Below are positions 8,401 through 18,226 of a DNA stretch of 20,000 nucleotides, one piece after another. Below the pieces are notes generated by a model that saw nothing but the letters and a program-made list of their open reading frames with translations, did no database searches and had not been told where the DNA came from. The position numbers were made by a program, and so were the translations under genes. This DNA comes from an uncultured virus (IMG/VR IMGVR_UViG_2843834578_000006) (Duplodnaviria; Heunggongvirae; Uroviricota; Caudoviricetes): the IMG/VR virus record IMGVR_UViG_2843834578_000006, one strand, 5' to 3'. Position 1 is the first letter of the stretch; every line of letters begins with the position of its first letter.

Positions 8401-9193
8401 TAAATGTGCCGTCCCAAAAGCCGGTGTAAGTGCGTTTAACTGGATCATAATTGCTTGGCACTTTGACTTTTTTCGCTTTAATTAGGTAGTTTCGGGTCGG
8501 GATATTATTAAAATACTCCGAATCAAAACTGATACCGGCAACCGCTGAATTAGGGTAGGTAAACTCGGTATCGATAATTTCGGTGTAACTACTCCAAATT
8601 GTACCGTTTTGTAAGCGTTGCGAATTGCTATCCTCGGTTAGACGCTCAACTGAGATATTAAATGGCACAGGCGGCAGGTTATCAAACACCACAGATTCAA
8701 GGTATTGCGAGCTGTATTTGCCGTTAAAGCTATGCGAATATTGCCGTGTGCCAATCGTGATTTTTAAATCAACATTGGTGGTATTGGTATCGCCTTGATT
8801 ATTTTGGTGGAATAATGACCTTACTCCCAACGTTAAACGCAAGCGGTTAATTCGTTCATCAGTTACGGTGCGGACAATAGCCCCATTCTTTTTCTTAATC
8901 TCAACACCCACATTCACTTCATTCTGTGAGCTATCGTAACCGTCCAACACATCTTGATCTTGCGTACCGACATTTAGCTGACCGCTCACATTATTAAAAT
9001 TATAGGTGCCGTCATCGTTTTGGATCTGCGTGCCGTCTAGGTAAATCGATTTAAAGCCATCAACCAAGCCTTCAATTTCGCCCTCGCACAGCAATTCCAC
9101 AATATTCACAATCTGTTTTGAGCGACCGGTTTCCGGTGCTTCAATCGGGGTATGGCTACTGCCGCCACCACCTTTTGCTCCGTAAATACGCAT
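5465..9193 (-). CDS. Lambda-like tail tip protein gpJ, N-terminal part
   Basis: GAKGGGGSSHTPIEAP, LLCEGEIEGL, KVPSNYDP, WDGTFKVAWTNNPAW, YCDQLVPDG, FGCTSRGQAHR; follows the gpI C-terminus. Confidence 0.95.
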   Translation of the reverse strand: MRIYGAKGGGGSSHTPIEAPETGRSKQIVNIVELLCEGEIEGLVDGFKSIYLDGTQIQNDDGTYNFNNVSGQLNVGTQDQDVLDGYDSSQNEVNVGVEIKKKNGAIVRTVTDERINRLRLTLGVRSLFHQNNQGDTNTTNVDLKITIGTRQYSHSFNGKYSSQYLESVVFDNLPPVPFNISVERLTEDSNSQRLQNGTIWSSYTEIIDTEFTYPNSAVAGISFDSEYFNNIPTRNYLIKAKKVKVPSNYDPVKRTYTGFWDGTFKVAWTNNPAWEIYDLAPILSKMLGVEISFDKWALYDVARYCDQLVPDGMGGMEPRFTCNVWLTEVKTAYDLLNDFCSVFRAIPIWTGTEVSVIIDRPRDPVWTYTNANVVGGFERSYSARKSRHNAVQVTYSDKTNGYESAIEYVSDDEEIKKHGLNLSQITAFGCTSRGQAHRTGKWILETEKREKETITFTVGREGLMHLPGDIIRVADSHYAGTEIGGRVLAINGRKVTLDREISIDNASYFTYINGEATHSSKIQSVNGKEITLDSTPTGLETYGVWSLSTKQISSGLYRSISIVENADGTNTITALQHEPQKEAIVDNSAHFVETARTLYKAPQINAVEVSTGYDGKLYITGDISSGDGKLTYDIKITKDGNLYQYKKGLSDPNIELSDLPNGDYTVIIYGKNAKGQIVTEKTQTFTIDRPPAPTGVVVTGGLGQITLEWDWVNEVTQTEIFAAETDNFALAKKIAKVTARTYAHTLKGNKVVRYYWLRHTRGINVGPFYQQQGVRGQTAVDLDARLTELNTQLSRNIVNEVFDVAAPARGLELVKTVANLTDKGTKLASSQVYNQADGKLYTWNGTAYSATVAAEDVTGKLSKSKIDTSLISQLTGADNTANLARRLAETAQSNINQEITNRQDAVTAEANNRTKAIQAESANLTKKIQAEATARGAAVTQLQNVDAQQAQLISAVTAKADNALSGLEEEKTARANADKAESQAREALTARMGAAESNIVTIQRTVANNAQSISEVSQNLNAKIDNINIGGRNLLRDSEFNAYNKWGSPQIEFAENANRRTIKVTSTGTNGPVGIVSSNRHSTSYFQQGETYTLSLFARGSKALDYLYLMRQDGNNVRLPVINVASETEFNHYKLTFKAPFTTQQGYVLIGFRQTSTEQFVAFHSVKLEKGNVATDWTPAPEDVDSAVSAVSADLTSYKQTQAATDSAQAQQLNQLSVNLTKAETNFNAKITEEKKNHRECR

Positions 9194-9202
9194 AATTATC
9201 CC

Positions 9203-9243
9203 TTATTTTCTAAAGCCGGTTTTCTTGTTGCTTGCCGGTAGGT
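9203..9243 (-). CDS. Probable last codons of tail assembly protein gpI
   Basis: ...LPASNKKTGFRK* ends just before the gpJ start, where gpI ends in lambdoid tail operons. Upstream sequence is unrelated. Confidence 0.45.
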
Positions 9244-9258
9244 TTGATCTTCTACAGT

Positions 9259-9555
9259 AAATGTTAGTTTTTCTGATGTCTGCCATCTGCTAGGCATTAT
9301 ATATGCCTAGATTAGTTTCCTACATTTGCGTTTTTAAGGCTACGCTTCCTTGCGGATATGGTTGAGAAAAAAGTCAAGTGTTACTAATGGTTTTATAAGA
9401 TGTTGGTTTGTTCTGGTGTCTGCCACCGCTAGGTCTTTATACCCTAGATTAGTATCAGGTCTTTCTGGTGCCTGCCACCGCTAGGCCTTTACATCCTAGA
9501 TTAATATCAGATTGACAATGAGCCAACAACTCATTGCGTTATTAAGGTAACGCTA
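9259..9555 (-). repeat. Three copies of a 46-52 bp two-hairpin module arranged in two larger units; candidate structured ncRNA
   Basis: Copies start at 9271, 9411 and 9463 (ttctgRtgYctgcca..gctagg..cctagattaRt). A related 18-bp palindrome GCGT-N10-ACGC occurs at 9328-9345 and 9536-9553. Confidence 0.8.
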
Positions 9556-9569
9556 CTTTTTTAGAACAT

Positions 9570-9598
9570 AGACTACGATGATTGGTTCCACAAGTCAA
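9570..9598 (-). promoter_or_regulatory. Putative sigma70 promoter just after the hipA stop, firing into the repeat region
   Basis: TTGACT (9593-9598), 17 bp, TAGTCT (9570-9575) on the minus strand. Confidence 0.5.
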
Positions 9599-9601
9599 TT
9601 A

Positions 9602-10843
9602 CTATACATTAAATGCAAATTTCATCTGCTCTTGCTCTTGGCGTGGAATACCAATTTCTTTTGCGACATTTTGCCAATTATTAATTTCTTTCAGTACTTC
9701 ATCATAAATCTGTACGGCTTGTTGCTTAGATAATTGAAAAAAGTCAGCAACATCAAAGGCGAGCTGATAATCCAATCGGTTATCGCTGTCTGTTATGTTT
9801 AAATGTAATCCTTGAGATAGTGGTACTGGGTTTAAATCGTATGCGGGAGATAATATCCACCCCTCTTGAGCGTAGATAAATCCGTGGTTACGCAAATGAT
9901 CATCAGTATTCGAAATAGCAATATTGAATACAATTCTTCTCCATAGTTGAGCCAAGTCAATTCGAGTATTTGAACCACTTTCTGTTAAAAATTGAGCAAT
10001 CTCAAGGTAGCTTGCCTCATAGTCTCCGTCATAATAACCCAGCTGGGTTAATGCTGACGTAAAATGGCGACGTTTTCCACAATGTCGATCAAATCTTTGT
10101 GTCAAAAAAGTATGGTGTTCTTGGTTAAAGCGTTCAATTCTACAAGTAGCCATTTCAATTTTGGCTTGAATAGCCAGTCGATAAGCTAAATATTCCCAAA
10201 GAGCAATATCATAATCATCGTACCGACTTGGAAATTTGGCAATCCATAGTTGATTTAGTTCATCTATTACCGAAGCTTTTGGTCTAGCTCCGCCTAGTGA
10301 CGACCCTGGTGATATCAACATATGAAGCCATTTTAAATAATCCGGATCGTCCACATTATCACTGCTTTCAAGTTGTATTGCTGCAAATTCTAATTCTCTT
10401 AAGGAAGACAGTGGTGGTGCTGCAAGACGAGTATTATTGTCCAAAAATGGACCATTCAATTCAGTTTTAAAACGTAAAGCCCCCATTCTATTCATATCGT
10501 GTACGCCTAAAAGGTAATCACTTTCTATTAGTAACTTAGGTTTACGATTCTCTTGACTAGCTAGAGCTGCCTCCCGACGTTTCATTAACAATCTACCCCA
10601 TCTATCAGGGCAAGAATCTAAAAAGATATGAAAATTTTGTGTATCTGTACTGTATTGCTCTCCAGGGTAAAGGTATAAGTTAGGATCAATCTGCTGTACA
10701 TAGGGTGAACTTAACCACTCGTTATCGTAGCTAAAACGGAAATTTTCTTTGCCTCTCACTACATCAGAAGAAAGCACCCCAACTAATTCAGGCTGTGAAA
10801 AAGTTTCCCAATCTGCAAACACATAAATTCGTTTATTCATCAT
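9602..10843 (-). CDS. hipA: HipA-family Ser/Thr kinase toxin
   Basis: 413 aa with GSSLGGARPK, WIAKFP, RFDR, NTDDHLRNHGF and LSPAYDLNP; appears intact. Confidence 0.92.
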   Translation of the reverse strand: MMNKRIYVFADWETFSQPELVGVLSSDVVRGKENFRFSYDNEWLSSPYVQQIDPNLYLYPGEQYSTDTQNFHIFLDSCPDRWGRLLMKRREAALASQENRKPKLLIESDYLLGVHDMNRMGALRFKTELNGPFLDNNTRLAAPPLSSLRELEFAAIQLESSDNVDDPDYLKWLHMLISPGSSLGGARPKASVIDELNQLWIAKFPSRYDDYDIALWEYLAYRLAIQAKIEMATCRIERFNQEHHTFLTQRFDRHCGKRRHFTSALTQLGYYDGDYEASYLEIAQFLTESGSNTRIDLAQLWRRIVFNIAISNTDDHLRNHGFIYAQEGWILSPAYDLNPVPLSQGLHLNITDSDNRLDYQLAFDVADFFQLSKQQAVQIYDEVLKEINNWQNVAKEIGIPRQEQEQMKFAFNV

Positions 10844-10858
10844 TATTTCCTTAATAAT

Positions 10859-11128
10859 TCAATATCCTAACTCATCATCCTTTCCAACATCAGTGAAATC
10901 TTGTTCTAGACCGAGAACACCTAAAACCATTAGGTAGTATCCAATCGCAACAGTTGGATCACCATTCATAATTTTTCTCACTGTTACACGGCTAAGCCCA
11001 GTTCTTTGAGCCAATAATGTTTGAGTAAACATTCTCCTTTTTGAGGCTAGCCTAATATTTTCTCCAAGTTGAAGCAAGGCATTTTGGTACTTAGGAAACA
11101 GAGTTGGTGATTTTGTTTTACTGAGCAT
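10859..11128 (-). CDS. HipB-like XRE HTH antitoxin, C-terminus probably frameshifted
   Basis: LGENIRLASKRRMFTQTLLAQRTGLSRVTVRKI HTH, directly upstream of hipA. Confidence 0.82.
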   Translation of the reverse strand: MLSKTKSPTLFPKYQNALLQLGENIRLASKRRMFTQTLLAQRTGLSRVTVRKIMNGDPTVAIGYYLMVLGVLGLEQDFTDVGKDDELGY

Positions 11129-11157
11129 TATTATTACCATTTTTATGTTTTTTGGAA

Positions 11158-11186
11158 ATTATAATATCCATTTATAGCAATTGCAA
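11158..11186 (-). promoter_or_regulatory. Sigma70 promoter of the hipBA-like operon
   Basis: TTGCAA (11181-11186), 17 bp, TATAAT (11158-11163) on the minus strand, about 30 bp before the antitoxin ATG. Confidence 0.7.
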
Positions 11187-11279
11187 GAGCAGTTATGTAA
11201 ACAGTAAAATAGGTAGAGAGGGTTTTTCGGAAAAAAATATCTGGTGAAGTTTTGACTAAATTTGAATTAAAAGAAAAAA

Positions 11280-12565
11280 TAACTCTTTCCAGTTCTACTT
11301 GTGCATCCGCATTTTGAGCGACATTTGGCTCACGCATACCAGCTAAGACTGCTCGCCGAGCCAGGAGCATTTTTTCCATTATCTTACTAGTCGCAATTTC
11401 TGCAGATAAGCGTTGGCTTAATACCTCAACATCAGGATCATCTCGAAGACTCTCAATAAGCCCTCTTGTTACTGGTACAGTAGTTGAACTCAAATCAGCT
11501 AACAATTCAGCCTTAGGCACATCCATATTCAGTACATTCTCTAATTTGACAATAGTACGAACATGTTCTTCCTCAATTTCCGGACTCAAGCCTACACCGG
11601 CTTTTGAGCTGGTTTTAGTGCCACAATCCTCTTTACAAGTCGAAATAGATTGTTCACCAATAATCTTAGTTAAAAAATCGGCTGCTGTTTGTGGATTATC
11701 CCAAGTTTGGCAAAGATTCCCATCACAGCTTGAACCTGAAATTGTACTGGTATCTAAGGCATTACGTTTGTTCAGTAAATTAAACCCAGCTTTGACAACA
11801 TCGCCAACAACATTGATAGCTTCTTGGTTTTCCCCACCTTTTTTCTGACCTCCTATCCAAACTCGCCCATCTTTCCCTTTTTTATCTTCCAGGTCTTTTT
11901 GAGCTTGTTTTGCATCAGGTTGAGAGGAGGTAATTTGCTTATAGCTTTCTAAATCAGCTGCTTGCCCCCATTTTCCTCCCAGTGTATGATCTGCTAAAAC
12001 TTTGGACATTTCTTCACAACTGGTTTTAAGACGGTTGAAATCCAGCTTACCTTGGTACATACCATTTGTGAGTAAATCGTAGAGTTGAGGGTTGGCCCGT
12101 TGCAATACCATTGCAGGCATACTTGCAACCGCACCTTTCGCTGAATCAATGACATTCCCCATTAAATCTTTAAAGCCGTCTTTGAGACCGTTTAAATCAT
12201 TTTTAATGGTCGTTTTAATATCAAAATTACCACTCANTGACATTCCCCATTAAATCTTTAAAGCCGTCTTTGAGACCGTTTAAATCATTTTTAATGGTCG
12301 TTTTAATATCAAAATTACCACAGGTTAAATTCGCTTTCCAACCAATTCCTAAATCAACAACTTTGGTATTACCACGACTAGGTGGAGCCATATAACCCAT
12401 TCCACCGCCGATTTGGTAAAAAACACGGTCTGAAATAATCGAATCCGACTTACTAAATTCCAGTTTATCCGTAATCGAATCGGCATAAGATAGTCCTGAT
12501 ACACTTGATAATAATGCTGTCGTGATCCGTAAGTGGGATTTTTTGAAGTTAAAGTGAGATTTCAT
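11280..12565 (-). CDS. Integrating conjugative element protein, PFL_4711/TIGR03755 family; split by an 88-bp duplication and 3'-truncated
   Basis: FYQIGGG, GIGWKANLTCGNFD, LQRANPQLYDLLTNG, CEEM, LLARRAVLAGMREPNVA. The two ORFs share the duplicated peptide GNFDIKTTIKNDLNGLKDGFKDLMGNV. Confidence 0.85.
12146..12321. repeat. 88-bp tandem duplication containing an N at 12237
   Basis: 12146-12233 equals 12234-12321 apart from the N. Confidence 0.95.
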
Positions 12566-12582
12566 TATTGCTCCCAATGTTA

Positions 12583-13524
12583 TTAGTGTGACCAATCAAT
12601 ACTGTAAAGGAATGTTTGCCCACGGCGTTTGCAACAACTATAAGGTCGCCATAATGCCCAAGCATAATCACCTTGATTTGAAATTTGAGAAGAATAGGTA
12701 TCTGTTTGCCCTCCATTAGGAAAAACAGAGCAGGTATTTGACATTTGAGGGTAAAGTATTTGCCATTTATGTGTTCTTGCTTGTCCCTCTTCGACCGGTC
12801 CTGGAGGCCATTCTCCTGCACCACCTGTTTTGGCTGCTGGGAAATAAATGTGTGGCTGAGCTGTTCGGCTCACAATGTCTGCCACTCTCTGCACAATGGT
12901 CGCAGAGGCTTTATAATCGTGTGCTTGGGTTACCCAACCGGAACGTGGGTAAATATTTCCCCAGCTATCGCCTACACGGCCAACTTCCCGCATTCCCGGA
13001 GTCAGAGCTTCCGGGTAAAACATTTCCGGCATATTTTCACGCCAGGCAAAAAAATCCAGCCCACTCAAAAAGTAAGGCATAAATGGCGTAGTTTGAGTTT
13101 TACAATAGTACCCCGTATTTCCTAATAATTGACCGATAGCTCCTTGTGGGTGTCCAAACGCATCCGCATTTTTGAAAGTGAGTTGAGAGTATTGGCGTTG
13201 TGGAGAACGGTATTCTCCACCTTTTACACCAGGATTGAGAGCTTGTAATTCTGTCCATGGCGTTTGCCCATCGTGGTTATAAGATGAAACAACCATTTCA
13301 GGTAAATAATGCTTAATTTTGGTTGATGTGCGAACCTTACATCCAAAGTAGGTACAAAATAACCAAAAACAGGTTCCAACAACTTTATATTCCAAACAGC
13401 TTGTTGAGGCACTTGATGCAGCAATGGAAGCGGTATTCAATGAGGCTCTGGCTGGTTGAGGATATAAGGTTGTTGGGACAGCTAAACTGGCAGAGATCAG
13501 TATCGTAAGAAACGTTTTTTTCAT
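12583..13524 (-). CDS. Integrating conjugative element protein, PFL_4710/TIGR03756 (TraU-like) family
   Basis: Signal peptide, CLEYKVVGTCFWLFCT, PEMFYPEALTPG, WGNIYPRSG, YAWALWRPYSCCKRRGQ. Confidence 0.9.
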   Translation of the reverse strand: MKKTFLTILISASLAVPTTLYPQPARASLNTASIAASSASTSCLEYKVVGTCFWLFCTYFGCKVRTSTKIKHYLPEMVVSSYNHDGQTPWTELQALNPGVKGGEYRSPQRQYSQLTFKNADAFGHPQGAIGQLLGNTGYYCKTQTTPFMPYFLSGLDFFAWRENMPEMFYPEALTPGMREVGRVGDSWGNIYPRSGWVTQAHDYKASATIVQRVADIVSRTAQPHIYFPAAKTGGAGEWPPGPVEEGQARTHKWQILYPQMSNTCSVFPNGGQTDTYSSQISNQGDYAWALWRPYSCCKRRGQTFLYSIDWSH

Positions 13525-13812
13525 TTTGATTCACCTTGTTGTTTAACCCATTTATGCCATTCATCTAATGCTTTCTGTACGTCAGTCGTACCATAAATCA
13601 CACTCGGAGAAGATTGTGGATTATCAAAAAACACCGCAGGTACTTTCTTAATGCCATTTTGCCATCCACTGATCACGCCTTGATAAGCGTCTTTTAATTG
13701 TTGCTCTTGGGCTTTCCAATCTGCTGAATTAAAGAATGCACGCATTTCTTGTTCGGCAATCTCTGGTGATTTACTGAGGTTTCGACTGATTGACTCTTCA
13801 AAATTCTCTACT
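13521..13812 (-). CDS. ICE protein PFL_4709/TIGR03757 family, 3' part only
   Basis: QLKDAYQGVISGWQNGIKKVPAVFFD...VIYGTTDV; stop overlaps the TIGR03756 start. The 5' end is replaced by phage gpI sequence. Confidence 0.8.
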
Positions 13813-14215
13813 TGGAAACTCCTCCTAGTAACATTGATGCCCCCATTGCTCCAACTGTCATTGCTGTAGCAGAGCCAACCAATCCTAAGCCGATAGGACC
13901 TAACGCAAATGCAGCCCCAATTAACGCCACACCTAACACCGCTTGAAAAATACCACCGCTTTTCGCTCCTTTGACAACAGGGGTAAAATGAATGGTTTGC
14001 CCTTTCTTCAGGCAATAAAAAAGCCCTTTTTCAAGGGCTGATGGGTCTAAATACTGCTTACCGATACGGACTTTATAAACACCGTCTCGCAACGCTTCAC
14101 GCAATCCTTTAAGCTGTGAACACAGAGCACGAATTGCCTCAGCGATGTCTTTAACTAAAATTTTAAAATCTGTGCCGAATGTTTTAAGGTGTCCGTAAAA
14201 TTTAACTGTAATCAT
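13813..14215 (-). CDS. Lambda-like tail assembly protein gpI, 3'-truncated
   Basis: MITVKFYGHLKTFG...EAIRALCSQ...IHFTPVVKGAKSGGIFQAVLGVALI...GASMLLGGVS, then an abrupt switch to ICE DNA. Confidence 0.9.
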
Positions 14216-14217
14216 AG

Positions 14218-14385
14218 TTACCACCAACGAATAGCAGTGATAAATTCAGGAGCTTTCCAGATGAACGCAAACAAAAAGAGAATTATTGCGGCTGTCCACA
14301 TTGTTTTTCTGATTTCTTTTGGGGTAATATTTATTGCTTCCATAAGAACTCCTAGAAATTTGAATGTAAATCGTTTATCATTCAT
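14218..14385 (-). CDS. Small single-TM phage protein between gpK and gpI (55 aa, or 41 aa from the second Met); not in the ORF track
   Basis: MNDKRFTFKFLGVLMEAINITPKEIRKTMWTAAIILFLFAFIWKAPEFITAIRWW*. RBS-like GAGGA and AGGAG precede the two Mets; stop lies 2 bp before the gpI ATG. Confidence 0.7.
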   Translation of the reverse strand: MNDKRFTFKFLGVLMEAINITPKEIRKTMWTAAIILFLFAFIWKAPEFITAIRWW

Positions 14386-14422
14386 TTAATTTATGTCCTC
14401 TTAGTTAGGTAAGTGGATATGA

Positions 14423-14475
14423 AAAACCCCGAAGTGCTGCAAACGCTTCGGGGTTTGTTTTTGTTACAAGCGGTC
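14423..14475. terminator. Hairpin and USS between gpK and the small TM gene
   Basis: aaaccccgaag-tgctgcaaacg-cttcggggttt 11-bp stem with A/T flanks; ACAAGCGGT at 14467-14475. Confidence 0.6.
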
Positions 14476-14483
14476 ATTTTTTG

Positions 14484-15215
14484 TTAGTTATTTACAGCAA
14501 TATCATTCAATATGCCATCAAAATCTAACTTCTCCGCCAGTTTATGCCGCCAAATACTGTGGGTATGGCGTAACCAGTAGCCGTCGTATAAATCACGCTT
14601 AGATAATCGGTTGGGGCTATGATGGACTACCATCTGATCGCCAATGTAAATGGCAGCGTGGTTCGGCACATCAGCACCTACTTGCATTAAAATCACATCG
14701 CCGATTTGTGGGGTTTCCACTCGCTCAAAGCCTTGCCCTTGAATATTATCCAAATAGAGATTTTGCCCGGTATGCCACCAGTCATCTTGTCGCTCGAACT
14801 CGTCCATCTCGTAACCGGCAAGCATATAGGCATCACGGTAGAGCGTGTAACAATCCATTGTACCGTGTTTAAACTCACGCCCGATTAAATGCGGCACATT
14901 CCTGAATTTATGGATTTTTTGATTATGTACCAGCCACCAATCTAAACCGGTCTGTACTTGCATTTTGCGATCAAGGGTAGAGAGTACCGGCTTGCCGTTT
15001 GGCTCAGGGTGTGAATGAACTACCGCCACCAGCTCGCCTTGTGCTTCTGCTTTGATGTAATCAAGATCAGAGATTTCAAAGTAATTGGCTTTGTCTTCCG
15101 CTTGGTTTTCGCAAGGGATAAATCGATTTTTATTGCCGTCAAAAACAACAAAGCCGCACATTTCGTGCGGTTCGTGTTGGAGGGCGTAGTCGATTATTTG
15201 TTGTTCCAATTCCAT
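14484..15215 (-). CDS. Lambda-like tail assembly protein gpK (JAB/MPN plus NlpC/P60)
   Basis: EMCG, VHSHP, DCYTL, NHAAIYIG, HHSPNRLS. Confidence 0.93.
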   Translation of the reverse strand: MELEQQIIDYALQHEPHEMCGFVVFDGNKNRFIPCENQAEDKANYFEISDLDYIKAEAQGELVAVVHSHPEPNGKPVLSTLDRKMQVQTGLDWWLVHNQKIHKFRNVPHLIGREFKHGTMDCYTLYRDAYMLAGYEMDEFERQDDWWHTGQNLYLDNIQGQGFERVETPQIGDVILMQVGADVPNHAAIYIGDQMVVHHSPNRLSKRDLYDGYWLRHTHSIWRHKLAEKLDFDGILNDIAVNN

Positions 15216-15218
15216 TCA

Positions 15219-16975
<1,757 letters not shown>

Positions 16976-17016
16976 TTAAGATTGTTTGATAAATTGAAAA
17001 GCTAAATAAAAACTAG

Positions 17017-17047
17017 AAAGAGGCATATCGAAAGGTATGCCTCTTTT
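17017..17047 (+). terminator. Rho-independent terminator of tuf
   Basis: aaagaggcatatc-GAAA-ggtatgcctcttt followed by a T-rich tail. Confidence 0.85.
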
Positions 17048-17090
17048 GCTTTTATGCCGATTAAGCTAGCCATATCATATCATTTCATTT

Positions 17091-17878
17091 GCAAAAATAG
17101 CAAAGCACAGCGCAAATTAGAGCAGCCTGAATATTTCAATTTGGTGCAAGAAAAGTTCCTAACGCAAAACTGGTCGCCCGAACAAATCAGCGCACGATTA
17201 AAATTGTAAAAATCTGAATTATCCATTAGTTATTCAACCATTTATCGTGGTATTTATTCAGGGTTGTTTGATATAGGCGAACGCAAAGCCAGTCGCAAAC
17301 TGCGCCACAAAGGCAAAACACGGCATACAAAAAATCATCATGAAAAACGTGGCAAAATTCAGATATCCAACCATTTGAACGACCGTCCCATTTCGGCGCA
17401 AAATCGCAGTCGCTTTGGACATTGGGAAGCCGATACCGTACTGGGTAAAGCGGGTGGAGCTTGTTTGCTGACGCTGACGGAACGCAAAAGTCGTTTTGAG
17501 TTGGTGAAGAAAATTCCTGCCAAAAAAGCCGAAGCAGTCCAAAAAGCCATGATTGAATTGCTGGATTCACATATATTGCGGTCAATTACGCCAGACCGTG
17601 GTAAAGAATTTGCCCAACATCGTTTGGTAACAGAAGCACTGGGTGTAGAATTTTACTTCCCCGAGCCGCATCAACCGTGGACACGGGGAACGAATGAAAA
17701 CACAAATGGGTTACTTCGTGAATACTTTCCGAAGCACCAAGACATCAATCAGTGGAGCGAAGTTGATATTCAACAGGTGGTCAATAAACTGAATTTACGA
17801 CCGCGTAAATGTTTGGGTTGGAAAACACCTTATGAAGTTTACTTCAAAAAAACGTTGCACTTGGTTTGACAATTCAAG
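17091..17878 (+). mobile_element. ISApl1-like IS30-family element, 5'-truncated, transposase with in-frame stop, intact IRR
   Basis: WSPEQIS, SISYSTIYR, GHWEADT, TPDRGKEF, PWTRGTNENTNGLLREYFPK. In-frame TAA at 17207-17209. IRR at 17854-17878. Confidence 0.9.
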
Positions 17879-18042
17879 GGATAAAAATTCATTTTGAGCA
17901 TCAGAAATTGCCCAATTCCTGCCAAAGTGACTAAAATGCCCCAGAAAATAAGAAAAATTCCATTTTCTTCATACTTCTGTTTTCTTTGATTGATGACAGC
18001 CTCGATAATTGCCAAACTGTCTTTCGGATGTAAATTTTCCAT
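17879..18042 (-). pseudogene. Membrane-protein gene of probable Bacteroidota origin, cut by the IS end
   Basis: MENLHPKDSLAIIEAVINQRKQKYEENGIFLIFWGILVTLAGIGQFLMLKMNFYP runs straight into the IRR; no Shine-Dalgarno sequence. Confidence 0.6.
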
Positions 18043-18073
18043 TGTCAAAATAATTTATGAGTTAAATACGATA

Positions 18074-18105
18074 CAAATATAAACTAGTTTATTTTATAAA
18101 CCAAA
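18074..18105 (-). promoter_or_regulatory. Bacteroidota-type -33/-7 promoter
   Basis: Minus strand TTTG (18102-18105), 20 bp, TATATTTG (18074-18081), matching TTTG-N19-21-TAnnTTTG. Confidence 0.6.
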
Positions 18106-18155
18106 TATTTTTAAAAAAAACAGAAGATTGAAAAAACTTCTGCTCTCCAAAAATT

Positions 18156-18183
18156 AACCGCTTGCAGTTAGCTACAAGCGGTT
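18156..18183. terminator. Paired-USS hairpin
   Basis: aaccgcttg...caagcggtt, with ACAAGCGGT at 18174-18182. Confidence 0.65.
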
Positions 18184-18226
18184 GGTTGTCAAGTGTTCAT
18201 TTGTTCAATGAACAGTTCATCAGTGG

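Noticed and set aside
9203..9286. Short ORF MADIRKTNIYCRRSNLPASNKKTGFRK on the minus strand
   Set aside because: It spans the 9243 junction, starts inside a repeat hairpin and has no RBS; likely a chimera.
9271..9511. Repeats as a mini CRISPR array
   Set aside because: Copies 2 and 3 are nearly contiguous with no spacer, the repeats are degenerate and too long, and no cas genes are present.
13521..14015. 164-aa ORF as a single gene
   Set aside because: Chimera of an off-frame reading of gpI and the true TIGR03757 C-terminus.
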